From the NCBI RefSeq assembly GCF_009914755.1, contig NC_060928.1: a stretch of 64,000 nucleotides of DNA. One strand, 5' to 3'. Shown piece by piece: positions 40,859 through 58,601 of the stretch. A program made the position numbers and the translations under genes. The notes beneath the pieces are model-generated. The model ran no database searches. It had not been told where the DNA came from and saw nothing but the letters and a program-made list of their open reading frames with translations. The first letter of the stretch is position 1. Each line of letters starts with the position of its first letter. Source of the DNA: the human T2T-CHM13v2.0 reference genome, Homo sapiens.

Positions 40859-43378
40859 TATTTTAAAACATTAGAAAACACATGGCTTTTCCTGAGAATT
40901 TCATAATCTGATCAAGGATATAGGACTTATATGTGAAAATAATTATTTAATTATTAATGATAAATATGTCCTTGGGTAAATGAAACAAGAAAACAATCAA
41001 TTGAGATTGATGTTGGTTTTGAAATTACAAAAAACATAGGAGGTTCAAAATATAGGAAGAACCTCTTAAGGTTAGACTATTCCACAAGAATTTTATAAAT
41101 TATAGCATCAAAAACAGACTAATAACTAAAATATTAGAATATCTTTCAGGAAACATGGATTTGATTAAGGAGGCAATGGAAAATAATTGAATTTAATAAT
41201 GATGAGGGCAAAACTATGGAGCAGGATTTCAGAGCACAAAATGTCCAAAACAGGCCAGGAAGACTGATAATAAAGGAAGACAAATAGAGCTAATCTGAGA
41301 CACTATTGCAGGGTGCTGAATTACCCTGATTTAAAGTTGGGGCCAAGAGAACAACAAAGATTTGGAGTAGCAGTGATCATACTAGGCCTACTAAAAGACG
41401 GAAATGTTGATACTGCTTAACCAGCAAATCCCTGCCCACCCTCTACCTCCAGACTATATTTAAGAAGATTGGGAAGGCAAGATACAGAATAAAATCTTGG
41501 TGACAAGAGACTATAGAGTACAACAACAGAGGGGGTAAGAAAATGATTGAACCATTTTCCATATGCGGTAGCTGGGCATTAGAAGCCCCCACAAAGGCCT
41601 TCTGAAGAACATACATGAACCTTTCCAGTAGCAACTAGACACCTACCACCAGGGAGCATCTGCACCCTGAGAAGCTGGCCAGAGAAGCCATGAAACAGCA
41701 GGGAAACAATTACAACTGAGGGAAGTAAAGTAAGGAAATATTTTTCTTTCCTCCTCCCCCACTCCCCTTCCTCATGTAATCAGAGCAATTGCATGGAGGT
41801 GGGCAGGAGGCATCTCAGGACCAGACCATGTTCATGTTTTCTTTATTTTTCTACCTGCTAGAATGGGAGGAGAACAGAATAAACAGACAGTTTCAGATCC
41901 CTGGAGCTGCAGATGTGAAGAGTGATGGTGAAGAGAGGCTGTCTGAATTTGAATTTGTTTTACAATTCTAAACTGGATTTTTAAAAGTGTTTAGGAAGTT
42001 GTAAAATTCATCCAATATATTAATCAAGATATCTTCTAACTAGCAGAGAAGAGTGATTTGACATAATCATATGGGAGAAAAAATTAATATTGTCTCACAC
42101 AAAGTTGATAATATTCTAATATTATAGTTAATTTTATAATTAATTAATTATACAAATTAATCTGAGGGAAACAAATCCAGATAAATAACTGGATTTTGGA
42201 CATAAAAGAGAGCAAAACTAAAACATGCATACAGCTCATCATTCTGATAGTCTTTAAGATTGTATTGCTATATAACATTTAGAGAGATAAGTGGGAATGT
42301 TGCTAGTTCAATTTTATTTAAGTTTGTGAACTTCAAGAAGCAGTGTTATATAAGCAACAAGAAATACACAGCTCAAGCCTGACAGCTCTTGGCTGGAGAT
42401 TTAGTTCCCATAGGTAAGAATCTAATTGAAGCCTTAGGAGGGATGAGTTGTGTGAAGTAAGACAAAGAGAATGATAAACAAAGTGATAAATCTTCCATAT
42501 TCAGGAGGTTGTAAAAAAAGAGAGAGGTGGGAAAGTATATTATCACAGAGTGCAAGAAATGTTAATATTAGAAATTCAGGTGTCTGCAAATTTGGAAGTG
42601 CAGTAAAAATCAAGGAGGAGGATGAATGCTGATTTCATCATCTTCAAGAGCAGATTCATTTCATGAATGAGACTAGAGGCACCATTGACAATTTGATGAC
42701 AGGCGAGGACATTCAGTGACTTCATCAAGGAGGTTGACTCTGAAAGCAAGGAGAATCAACAATTGATGTTTTGAAGGGACACAGGAATCAGGACAGATGA
42801 TGTATGGAAAGAGATTAATGAAAGAAACAAACTGGCAATAGCCAGTACAGCAAGGGAGTAGAGAAGTTATCAGTGAGAGGGTAGGGAGGCTGGTCATTGA
42901 AAGAAGCGAAGTGAATATGATATGAAAAATTCAGGATATGAATTTTCAGGGTTCAGAATTTTCTCTCTTGTAGGACTTCTATTCACTAACATTGAAAAAG
43001 GAAAGATATGAATAGACAGTGTGGCTAATCTAGACGTGGACATTAATTGGTTTATCTTGGAGGGACAGAAAATGGAAAGGATACTTAACATATAGTAAAT
43101 ATGATAGTTTTGAAATAATTGCTTCTAGTACCCTATCAAGAAGGTCAATATAGTTACTGGTATTGTTCTGAATTATATATTTTACCACAGTAGGGAGGAG
43201 AAACTATTTAGGAAGATAAACTCTATTATGTCATTCTTCATTACAATCATTACAGCTATTCATGCAGTCAAAGACGAAGAAGGAGTCTAAAAACATCAAA
43301 TGGAAGCTCATATTCTAACTCAAGTGGAAGTACTTAAGAACTTAAAGAGATTGATATCCCTTTGAAAATGAGAGGTGA

Positions 43379-44286
43379 GAGGGGAGGAGCCAAGATGGCC
43401 GAATAGGAACAGCTCCGGTCTGCAGCTCCCAGCGTGAGCGACACAGAAGACAGGTGATTTCTGCATTTCCATCTGAGGTACCGGGTTCATCTCACTAGGG
43501 AGTGCCAGACAGTGGGCGCAGGTCAGTGGGTGCGCGCACCGTGCGCGAGCCGAAGCAGGGCGAGGCATTGCCTCACTCGGAAAGCACAAGGGGTCAGGGA
43601 GTTCCTTTTCCTAGTCAAAGAAAGGGGTGATGGACGGCACCTGGAAAATCGGGTCACTCCCACCCAAATACTGCGCTTTGCCTAAGGGCTTAAAAAACGG
43701 CACACCAGGAGATTAAATCCCTCACGTGGCTCGGAGGGTCCCACGCCCAGGGAGTCTCGCTGATTGCTAGCACAGCAGTCTGAGATCAAACTGCAAGGCG
43801 GCAGCGAGGCTGGGGGAGGGGCGCCCGCCATTGCCCAGGCTTGCTGAGGTAAACAAAGCAGCAGGGAAGCTCCAACTGGGTGGAGCCCACCACAGCTCAA
43901 GGAGGCCTGCCTGCCTCTGGAGGCTCCACCTCTGGGGGCAGGGCACAGACAAACAAAAAGACAGCAGTAACTTCTGCAGACTTAAATGTCCCCATCTGAC
44001 AGCTTTGAAGAGAGCAGTGGTTCTCCCAGCATGCAGCTGGAGATCTGAGAACGGGCAGACTGCCTCCTCAAGTGGGTCCCTGACCCCTGACCCCTGAGCA
44101 GCCTAACTGGCAGGCACCCCCCAGCAGGGGCAGACTGACACCTCACACGGCCAGGTACTCCAACAGACCTGCAGCTGAGGGTCCTCTCTGTTAGAAGGAA
44201 AACTAACAAACAGAAAGGACATCCACACCAAAAACCCATCTGTACATCACCATCATCAAAGACCAAAAGTAGATAAAACCACAAAG
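43379..44286 (+). promoter_or_regulatory. L1 5'UTR internal sense promoter and antisense promoter; CpG-rich
   Basis: YY1 site caagatggcc at about 43391-43400; the most CpG-dense non-Alu stretch of the window. Confidence 0.85.
43682..43831 (-). pseudogene. ORF0: L1 ORF0, truncated to 49 aa by a premature stop
   Basis: MAGAPPPASLPPCSLISDCCASNQRDS...FLSP*; canonical ORF0 is 71 aa. Confidence 0.85.
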
Positions 44287-45303
44287 ATGGGGAAAAAACA
44301 GAGCAGAAAAACTGGAAACTCTAAAAAGCAGAGCGCCTCTCCTCCTCCAAAGGAACGTAGTTCCTCACCAGCAACAGAACAAAGCTGGACGGAGAATGAC
44401 TTTGACGAGCTGAGAGAAGAAGGCTTCAGACGATCAAATTACTCCAAGCTACAGGAGGACATTCAAACCAAAGGCAAAGAAGTTGAAAACTTTGAAAAAA
44501 ATTTAGAAGAATGTATAACTAGAGTAACCAATACAGAGAAGTGCTTAAAGGAGCTGATGGAGCTGAAAACCAAGGCTCGAGAACTACATGAAGAATGCAG
44601 AAGCCTCAGGAGCCGATGCGATCAACTGGAAGAAAGGGTATCAGCGATGGAAGATGAAATGAATGAAACGAAGCGAGAAGGGAAGTTCGGAGAAAAAAGA
44701 ATAAAAAGAAACGAGTAAAGCCTCCAAGAAATATGGGACTATGTGAAAAGACCAAATCTGCGTCTGATTGGTGTACATGAAAGTGACGGGGAGAATGGAA
44801 CCAAGTTGGAAAACACTCTGCAGGATATTATCCAGGAGAACTTCCCCAATCTAGCAAGGCAGGCCAACATTCAGATTCAGGAAATACAGAGAATGCCACA
44901 AAGATACTCCCTGAGAAGAGCAACTCCAAGACACATAATTATCAGATTCACCAAAGTTGAAATGAAGGAAAAAATGTTAAGGGCAGCCAGAGAGAAAGGT
45001 CGGGTTACCCTCAAAGGGAAGCCCATCAGACTAACAGCAGATCTCTCAGCAGAAACTCTACATGCCAGAAGAGAGTGGGGGCCAATATTCAACATTCTTA
45101 AATAAAAGAATTTTCAACCCAGAATTTCATATCCAGCCAAACTAAGCTTCATAAGTGAAGGAGAAATAAAATACTTTACAGACAAGCAAATGCTGAGAGA
45201 TTTTGTCACCACCAGGCCTGCCCTAAAACAGCTCCTGAAGGAAGCGCTAAACATGGAAAGGAACAACCGATACGAGCCACTGCAAAATCATGCCAAAATG
45301 TAA
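44287..45303 (+). pseudogene. ORF1: L1 ORF1p (RNA-binding), disrupted by two in-frame stops
   Basis: MGKKQSRKTGNSK...; 1017-nt span; TAA at 44716-44718 and 45103-45105. Confidence 0.95.
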
Positions 45304-45366
45304 AGACCATCAAGACTAGGAAGAAACTGCATCAACTAATGAGCAAAATAACCAGCTAACATCATA

Positions 45367-49189
<3,823 letters not shown>

Positions 49190-51410
49190 ACAATGAGAAC
49201 ACATGGACACAGGAAGGGGAACATCACACTCTGGGGACTGTTGTGGGGTGGGGGGAGGGAGGAGGGATAGCATTGGGAGATATACCTAATGCTAGATGAC
49301 GAGTTAGTGGGTGCAGCGCACCAGCATGACACATGTATACATATGTAACTAACCTGCACATTGTGCACATGTACCCTAAAACTTAAAGTATAATAATAAA
49401 TAAATAAATAAATAAATAAAAAGAAAAAAGAAAAAAAAAAAAGAAAATGAGGTGAAAGCTAAGGACCAAAACTTTTTCTGAAATCATTAACTATTTTGTG
49501 CAACCACAGTGATGATGATCATATTTTTAAGACATTTATACAGGGTAGAAATTATACTTTGAAACTACTGTATATTATTTAAGCCATAGATGATCCAGGG
49601 TTATAAAAGAGAGAAACTCAGCAGTATGGTCTTGTGATCAAATATTCTATCATCTGATGCTGGCTTTCACCTTGAAATGTGATCTATGAAAGATCATCTT
49701 ACTTCTATTTTCATGACCTCATCCAATCTTAAAAGTAAACATTATAAGCTTAGTTGCTAAGCTCTTGCACATAATGTTATAGGACACAGAAAATAAATTA
49801 TTGTTAAGCATTTTGTACAAGCCAAAGGTCTAATGTAACTGAGGACGGTAGAAAAATCCATGAATAGGAAGCTTGCCAATGTTATTTTACAAATATTTGA
49901 CTCGAAAGTTTGCCATAGACTTTTGAAAATGAAGAAGAATAGGAAGTCTAGCAATTAGAAACAAATCTCCTTTGAAGGATCTTAACATGTAAGCATTCAT
50001 AACTCCTTGTATTATATTAAAATGCTTTTCTATTTGTTAAAAACCATAATGAGTGTATGACTGCATTGTAAACCATATCAATATCTTGTAAGTGTTCAGT
50101 ATTTAGGCAGACTGCAGTTTGCTGTAGATTAAAATAATAGTCAAAGCATCAAAGACAAACAACGTGACTATTTTCTGTATTTGGATATGATTTTGAAATA
50201 CTGGCAATGGCTTTGATTTTTGGAATATGAACAATAATTGTGAAGATTTTTAATATATCAATATAATAAATATGAATACATGAATAATGTATTCTGCAAG
50301 CTTTATTATAAGTCAATTGTCCTTTCCCTTTTAAAATAGTATATTTCTTTTCTAGAAACACTTAGCTAGCATAAAGCTTTTTAGTAATCTACTGCTTTGC
50401 TCCAACCAAAAACAAAACAGAGCAAAACACTTTAAAAAACTGTTGTTAAACCGTTGTTTATCCTTCTCCCCTTTACATTTTTTACCTTCATCTTTTTAAT
50501 AATCTGAATTGCGCTAATTTTTTACCCATATGCGCAGATTTTTCAATGTTTTGAAAGTAGGTTTTGTACCACAGGGGAGAAACATGTCACACAATGGCAA
50601 AGTAGAATCAGGCAAACAGATTGAAAGAAAAACTGGTGATAAAAAAAAGACCCAAAACCAATAACAACTGTATAATATATAAATTATCCTTATTCTTTTG
50701 ACGTGGGTTTTAAAATTTGGAATTATTTGTAAAATTTGGAAATGTCTTTTTTTTTAATCATTAAAGCACCCTATAAAATTAAATGCTAAAGACCCAAGTT
50801 ATAAATGACAGAAGTCTACATTCTTAAAAAAAAAAATCAGTTTATGTTACAGTGGAAAGAGATGTCTGTATAAGTATTAACCATCTTACCCTGTTCACCA
50901 TTTTATAGATTTTGAAAGAATACAAGCTGGAACAAACATTATCAGACTTATACTTCTTATGGTTAACAATCCAAACTTGTAATATAACTCAATTAATTAT
51001 AGCCACTTCAAAGTAACATTTAGATAATATAATCATGTTTTGTGAGAATGATATTTTTTTCTTAATCAACAGGTTGGTACTCATAATATTTATATACCAT
51101 GTTAATGGTATATAAACATGCAGAATTTGTACTAAAACTATTCAATGATTTTTTTATGTCAATGCTATAGCCACTTTTAGTTATTCAAAATTTGCACTTG
51201 GACATTCTTCTAGTTCTTTAGTTATTGATATTCCTTAACAAATTATTCCTAATATATTCCAGTAATTCAAAGAGTAAAGGTACAATTTTAAGAGTCACTA
51301 ATACCTCTGTTATAGTTTTTCTATCATTAGTGAACAATGCCATTCAGATAAAATGCTGTTGGTCCTGAGAAGGAGTAAACAATATATCACACCACCTGTA
51401 TCTTTTTTAA

Positions 51411-51705
<295 letters not shown>

Positions 51706-52659
51706 CCTCCGCTAAGCTTTCTTGGAGTATCATGAACTAAGATTCCCTTCAGTCCTCATCCTGAAGAAATGCAACCCCTGTAGGAAAACTCTGATGAGAA
51801 AGTCAGAAAAGCATTAAGTTAAGCACATAGAGTCTGATATACGTGTGCTGATTCCAGTGCACAAAGTTGTTTTGACATCCAGGGATATCAGTCAGGGAAA
51901 GAGGATAAGGAAAGTGTAGATGAGAGGCATTTGAAACAGAATTCCCAACTGTCCATATTATCAAAGTCTATGCAAATTTCATTTTGCTGTGGTATATAAT
52001 AATAAATAAATTGGGGCATCCTATTTAAATTTATTATATTTATTTATGGATAATATTAAATGGTGTATTCATGATCCAAAATTAATTGGAGCATTCCAAT
52101 TTGGATATTTTGCTGTTTTCCTAAGAACAGAAATTGATGATTGACTTAAAACATCCATACATTTTTAATTATTGGTAATTGGAGAAAATGAATGTCTCCT
52201 TTAAATTTAATCAATGTTTTTTAATCATCTAATAATAGGTTCTTGATATATCCATTTGTTGATGAGATAATCCCATCTACTTAGAATTCTTCTGCTTAAT
52301 CTTAAAAATACTGAGTTCAAGCATATCTTTTTCATTAAACTATGAAAAACTAAGCTCATCATATAATGTTTATTAATAGGACAATCACTAAAGGAAATTA
52401 AAGAAAATAATCAATGATTTTCTGCTAAGATGCTAAAGTAGATCCTTTATATTTATAGACTGTGGTTCTACAGGTACTCTGAATTATAATATGTCTTTTT
52501 GGCATAACAGTAAAATTATATTTGTCAGATTCTCTTGTTATTTTTGCTGCAGTAGGAGTGTGACATTTTGCCATTTCTTTTAATTTGAAAGATCTTTAAA
52601 GTCTATTCTACAGTAAGGAAGGGGATGATATTTGACTTGTATTCATGTGTCATCATATT

Positions 52660-53355
52660 TTCTTATTCTTTTCTATTGATATACAATAGTTGTACATATT
52701 TTGGGGGTAGATGTGATATGTTGATACATGTATACAATATGTGATGATAAAATCAGGGTAACTGGGATATGCATCACCACAAACATGTATCTTTTCTTTG
52801 TGTTGGGAACATTTCAATTATTTTCTTCTAGACATTTTTGAAATATACAATAAATTATAGCTAACTATAGTCTCCCTGCTATATTATTGAATACTAGCTT
52901 AATCCTTCTAACTGGTTCTTTTACCTGGTCCCCAACTTTTCTTCACCCCTCTCCTTCCTCCACCCTTCCCAGCCTCTAGTAACCACCACTCTACCCTTTA
53001 CCACCATGAGATCCACTTTTTCAGTTTCCACCTCTGAGTGAAAACATGCGGTATTTGTGTTTCTGTGCCAGGCTTCCTTCACTTAACATAATGATCTCCA
53101 GTTTCATTCGTGTTGCTGCAAATAACAGAAATTTATTCTTTTTTTGTGATTGAATAATATCTCCTTTTATAAATGTACCACGTTTCCTTTACCCGTTCAT
53201 CTATTGATGGACGCTTAGGTTATTCACATGATTATTGTGAATAGTGCTGCAATAAACATGTGGGTGCAGGTATCTCTTTGATGTACTGATTTCCTTTCTT
53301 TTGGGTAAATACTCAGCAGAGGGATTGCTGGATCATATGGTAGTTCTATTTTTAC
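52660..53355 (-). mobile_element. L1MA-type 3' end fragment
   Basis: atagttgtacatattttggggg...aaatcagggtaactgggatat...gggattgctggatcatatggtagttctatttt. Confidence 0.85.
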
Positions 53356-54682
53356 TTACATTTTCCCAATCTTCTGATCAGAAACCATGAATTGGTACAA
53401 AGTAAGGTTCAGAAGTAAAGTAGCTGTTGGGGAACCAGATGCATTTTCTTAGATGGAACTGGAACTGCTCAGTTGCATAAAGAAAAGAAAGAAAAGTGTA
53501 ATTAATCACAGCATCTCAGCTAAATACTGGAAAGAGGCATTTATGGCTGGACCTGATCAAGACAACATGGATAGTAGAATAATCTTGTAAATATGTATTG
53601 CAATTATTTTCATAACATACTAAGTGGCTGTGTCTTGTAGATATGGCAGTGGGCTGTAATGCAAAACTGTATGAATATTATTGCCACCCACAGCTGGATT
53701 CCCTTTATTTTACAAACGTGTTTTGACACTTATGGCTAAAATGGTTACACAAGTAATAAATGCCACACTAAACAATTTTTATTCTAATGAGCATTTCTTC
53801 AGAAATATTCAAAGCAAACCATTTTTCATATAAATCTATATTTGTTTTTAATAATCAGAAAAAAGGGTAAAAACTGCACATTACAGAAAAAGGATAGGAG
53901 AAAATGTCAAATTATATCAAAGGAAATTGATGAATTTTACCTTCCACACACATATTAGCTGTTGCTATCGTTGAAACAGTGTCTTTTCAGAGAAATTAGG
54001 TGGTAATGAAAACTTTACATTTCTAGTTTATATGATTCAACTAATGAAGCAGTACTACATATTATGTTTGAAAAAAGTATGGATTTAGCACAATAAAAAG
54101 TTAATGATGAGATACATACCCTCATCAACACTTCCTTTTCAACACAATACTCAGGAATTATATTCCTGAATAAATGGCTCAGCTCTTTTTTAACTGAAAA
54201 AATCCAAAATTGAAATGTAAAAATGCATTTTAACTAAAGCTACTGGAGTTATTAACATGGTTAAAAGTACTCAATTCTGGATTATTTCTCTTGCTATTGT
54301 TATAAAGGCTATAAAATGAAATGGAAATGACAGAACAAAAGGAAATAAAACACTAACAAAATCATCAAAACACTATAGAGCAGAGGACTGTAAAGGTCCC
54401 CCACACATGACATAGGAATATAGAGGTAAGTAATAAAACACCCCTAGCCGTTGCTAGTTGGGTTGTTTGCCCAGGAAAGTTCCCTTTGGGGTTTTATACT
54501 AACTACCTGTGAAATATCTACTTAAAAAGAAAGAGACCTATATTCCACTGGTTGACAGTGGTTATCCCGACAAGAAAGTGGTTATTTTCAACAAGAAAGG
54601 AAAAACAAAACCAACTTCAGTGCATTTACAGGTTAAAATGTAAGATACTGAAAATTTATTTAATATTAAAAGGAAAATGTAC

Positions 54683-54968
54683 TTTTTTTTTTTTTTTTTT
54701 TGAGATGGAGTCTTGTTCTGTCGCCCAGGCTGGAGTGCAGTGGTGTGATCTCGGCTCACTGCAACCTCCACCTCATGGGTTCAAGCTATCCTCCTGCCTC
54801 AGCCTGGGATTATAGACACGGGCTACCATGCCCAATTTTTGTATTTTTAGTAGAGATGGGGTTTCACCATGTTGGCCAGGCTGGTCTCAAACTCCTAACC
54901 TCAGGCAATCTGCCCGTCTTGTCCTCCCAAATTGCTGGGATTACAGGCATAAGCCACCATGGCCGGCC
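54683..54968 (-). mobile_element. AluS (small internal deletion)
   Basis: T19 tail, reverse dimer; TSD aaaatgtac. Confidence 0.94.
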
Positions 54969-56740
54969 AAAAATGTACATATTTATGAATAAAATAACAC
55001 TTAATATATTAACTTCCAGAAAGTAAAAATGATAAAAAAAAAAAAAACTATGAATAGTGATTTTAGAGACTTAGGACAAATTTTTGATTCAATATTTTAG
55101 AGTATTTTTTTACACAGTTTGATAGGATCTTTTATTTTAAGCTGGTAATCTGAAAACTGGGCATACTCAGAAGAATCATTTTCAGTTATATTTAATATGT
55201 TGGTATAATAGATATCAGTTTATATATAAATATTTCTGTATCTATTTTTCTGGACATGTATATATATAAAACTTATTTGTTATAAAGGGAATATGGACAG
55301 GATATCGATACAGATTTTTAAAGTTCGAAAAAATTAAAAACATGGGCTATAACTTATAATTGAATTGTTTTAAAATAAATTTCCTATAAAAATGTATGTT
55401 CATATATCTTCTTACCCTTTACTGTAATTTATTGAATGGCACAGCATCATTTTATGTAATTAATGAGCATTGGAAGACAAAAGACTCCAGCTTTACTTCT
55501 GCCAGGCATTACCTAGAATTTCTAATTAGGCCTATGTAAATAAATGCATGGATGTATACATATTGTCTGTAGTTAATCCCTTCTGATTACCCTCATTCAT
55601 TATATGCCTTCTTGGAATAACTGACGATGATGCTTCCTGTACGTAGGGGCTGAATGCAACCTCAGAAATGTTCTGAACCTCTCTCTGACTATATGATACT
55701 AAAAATACTAAAGGGAGTGATAGTGATTCTAAATAAAATATTTTTTATCTTTTAGTTTTGATCTTAATTTGTAAATAATCATCACAATGAAAACTGAATT
55801 ATTTATCTGATACTCAAGTGCTAGCAAATAACATTTTTCATTACACTGCTTTCCCAAATGTATTATTTTAGTATTTCTGCATGTGTACCACAAGAATTTG
55901 TTAAAACATTTGTGAATAAAGTATTGTTAAAACAAAAAAGCATTTACATGTAGTATTTCATTTTTTGCTAGTTTAGTGTCAAAAAAAGTAACAAGTAAAT
56001 TATTTTTTCACAGCTGAAATTTTAAGGGTCAGAAAGCCTCATTTATCACAGATTATTGAGGAGAGGTGCTGTGAACCTCAGTTTCTGCTTTTTCCCAACA
56101 CTTGGACTTCTGACTTTTCACATAACTTTTGTATCTGTAAACACCTTAATTCTTGAAACCCAATGTTTATATTGTAACTGATGAATAAAATAGTGAATTG
56201 TAGGGAGAAATACATATGCAAAGGAAATGAAGATTTTCTTCTTTTAGAAAATTATTACCATTTTTAGAACATAAATATGCTAGACAAAGAAACATACATG
56301 AAGAGGCATTAACAAGCACTATCATAAGCATTTCTTATTCATATTCTACGTTTGAGATATCATTCTTTTTGATTAAAAATTAATTATTGATTATAGTTAC
56401 ATTGTAGATTTGTCGAGATAGATATGATATTGTGATACATGTATACAACGTTTAACATATAAACTAATTACTTAGTTTTGGGATCTAAAATATCTAGAAA
56501 AGAGATGCTGAAAAAAAAAGCAAATACTTTGCAGACTTAGTTGTATTTTTTGTCTCCTCCACTTTGTATAGAAGCTGCTATATTTTTTGTTATAATCACA
56601 ATATATGTCATGACATAGTGCAAAGGCTTTCACAGCTTCATGTTGGAAATGGTATTTGTGGAAAATAGTAACTTCAAAGGCTTATATGTATTCTTTCATA
56701 TATACTGCTGGAAATGCATTGGAATAAATCATTTTCCTTG

Positions 56741-56827
56741 AATGATGAAAGTATCAAAAATGTAGGTGCGTTCAGACATAAGTCTGACATGTACTTTGAC
56801 TTTTATCTCATTAAATCTTTGCTATGT
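56741..56827 (+). repeat. Source copy of an 87-bp local duplication
   Basis: 6 mismatches in 87 bp versus 58489-58575. Confidence 0.9.
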
Positions 56828-58473
56828 TTGTACAACTGGCTTCCTTTAATATTTCAGACCCAGAACTTAAGCCCCAAGTCAAAGTGTGAAGTGAGTTAAT
56901 CTATTCAGCGCTTCTTCATATGTATTTTGAATGCATTTCTATTTCCAGACTTCTTACTTGAACATTACTTTAGGGGAAAAAGTTTCATTTTTATTTTAAA
57001 ATGCAGGGAATTATAATATGTTCTGGATTTACAATTCTGTTTCTCATTTTCTTGGTGTAAAGGCACTTTGTTATTGACCCAGGGGCAGCTACATAGTCTC
57101 TCTATATCTTGACCCTTTCAGAATCTCCAAAAGAACCCTCCACTAAAGCTTGGGTAAAGGAATAGAAGAAAATCACCTTTCTGCACCACCCACGCAGGGA
57201 GAGTTTAGGGATGTCAGTAATGGTATTGATGAAGACAGATGATGAATGTGGGAAGTGAGAAAAAATAAATACAACAGAATTTCTACCCCGTGTATCTCTT
57301 CAGGGCCATCAGGGTTTGTACATTTTTATGATTCACATTTCTGGCTCAAACTTCCCAGGATGAGTCTGTCACTCTTAGAACCATAGAAGTAATTTCCTAA
57401 GTGTGATTATGTGAATAACTTAGTTGCAAATTCGTCAGATATTAAAAGAGTGGGCATATATGTTTCACCCTTATTCCAGACATATCTATTGTCCCTTTCC
57501 CAAAACCACAGTGTGGGGTTCCAGAAGCAAACCAAACAAAAAAAAAAATTAAGGAAGGTGAGCTTGGCAGGTTGCTCCCTGCTGACTTAAATATTCTGCT
57601 AATTTGCCAAGGATTTGAACCCAACTTTCAGATATAGCTAAGGCTCCATAAGAAGCCTTTGAATAGAACCGTCATCTTAATAAGACTAAGTAAATCAGAT
57701 GAGTTTCATGTTAGCTCAGGGCCATTTATCAGCTTGAAGAGTGTTAATATTTCATGTGGGTCTAGCAATGACACCTAAGCAAAGTTGGGTTTGGAGACTG
57801 TGAAACAGCTACTACTTATTTCTCTTCCAAAATATTACTAATCACCCCTCCCCACTTCCACCAACAAACAGCTTTCTATCTGGAGCAAACTCATGTTTTC
57901 TTCATTTTAAGACTGATGAAAGGTCTGGGAGTCCCAAAACGATTTCTGGGGCTTTCATATTTCTAAGTTTACTAGCATGTTTTATTTATTTATTGAACTT
58001 ACAAATTATAATCAGAAGGCTGCTTATACACTTAGATGTAGAAACAACCAATACAAGTGGAATTACTGGCATGGTTTTAATATACTAATGACATTATATC
58101 CAGATATTCAACTATACTCATAATAGAGACACACCTACCACCTGACAGAAGAGTTGACACCTTCTCAGAGAGTACTTGCCCAAGTCCTGTCAATATTTGC
58201 TTCTATGATAGCTATTTTTTGTATCACCAAAAGCATCCAAACAGTTTTTAATGGTAGGGATATGTTATTTCTTAACATATGTAACAAATTCTGTCAAGTC
58301 ATAGAACAGTACTCATTGCCTGGGATTCACTGATCTCTTTAATAGGAGCTTGCATATCTTCGTTTTGTTGTGCTGATTTCATAGAACAATTCTCAGACAA
58401 TAGTCTTGTTTCTTTAAGTTTCAACTTACGGGCGTTAAGTTGGCCCTTTGGGATAAAACAAAATATACATGAG

Positions 58474-58601
58474 AATAAAAATGAATCAAATGATGAAAGT
58501 ATCAAAAATGTAGGTGCGTTAAGATATAAGTCTGACATGTACTCTGACTTTTGTCTCATTAAATCTCTGATATGTATAAATAAAATAAAAATGAATCAAA
58601 T
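58474..58601 (+). repeat. Inserted 87-bp copy with A-rich tail and flanking direct repeats
   Basis: aataaaaatgaatcaaat at 58474-58491 and 58584-58601 flanks the copy. Confidence 0.88.

Noticed and set aside
54552-55026. Alu-overlapping ORFs (also at 3961, 8265, 14422, 23829, 25078, 37774, 40609)
   Set aside because: Standard Alu translation artefacts such as SVAQAGVQW and LECSG
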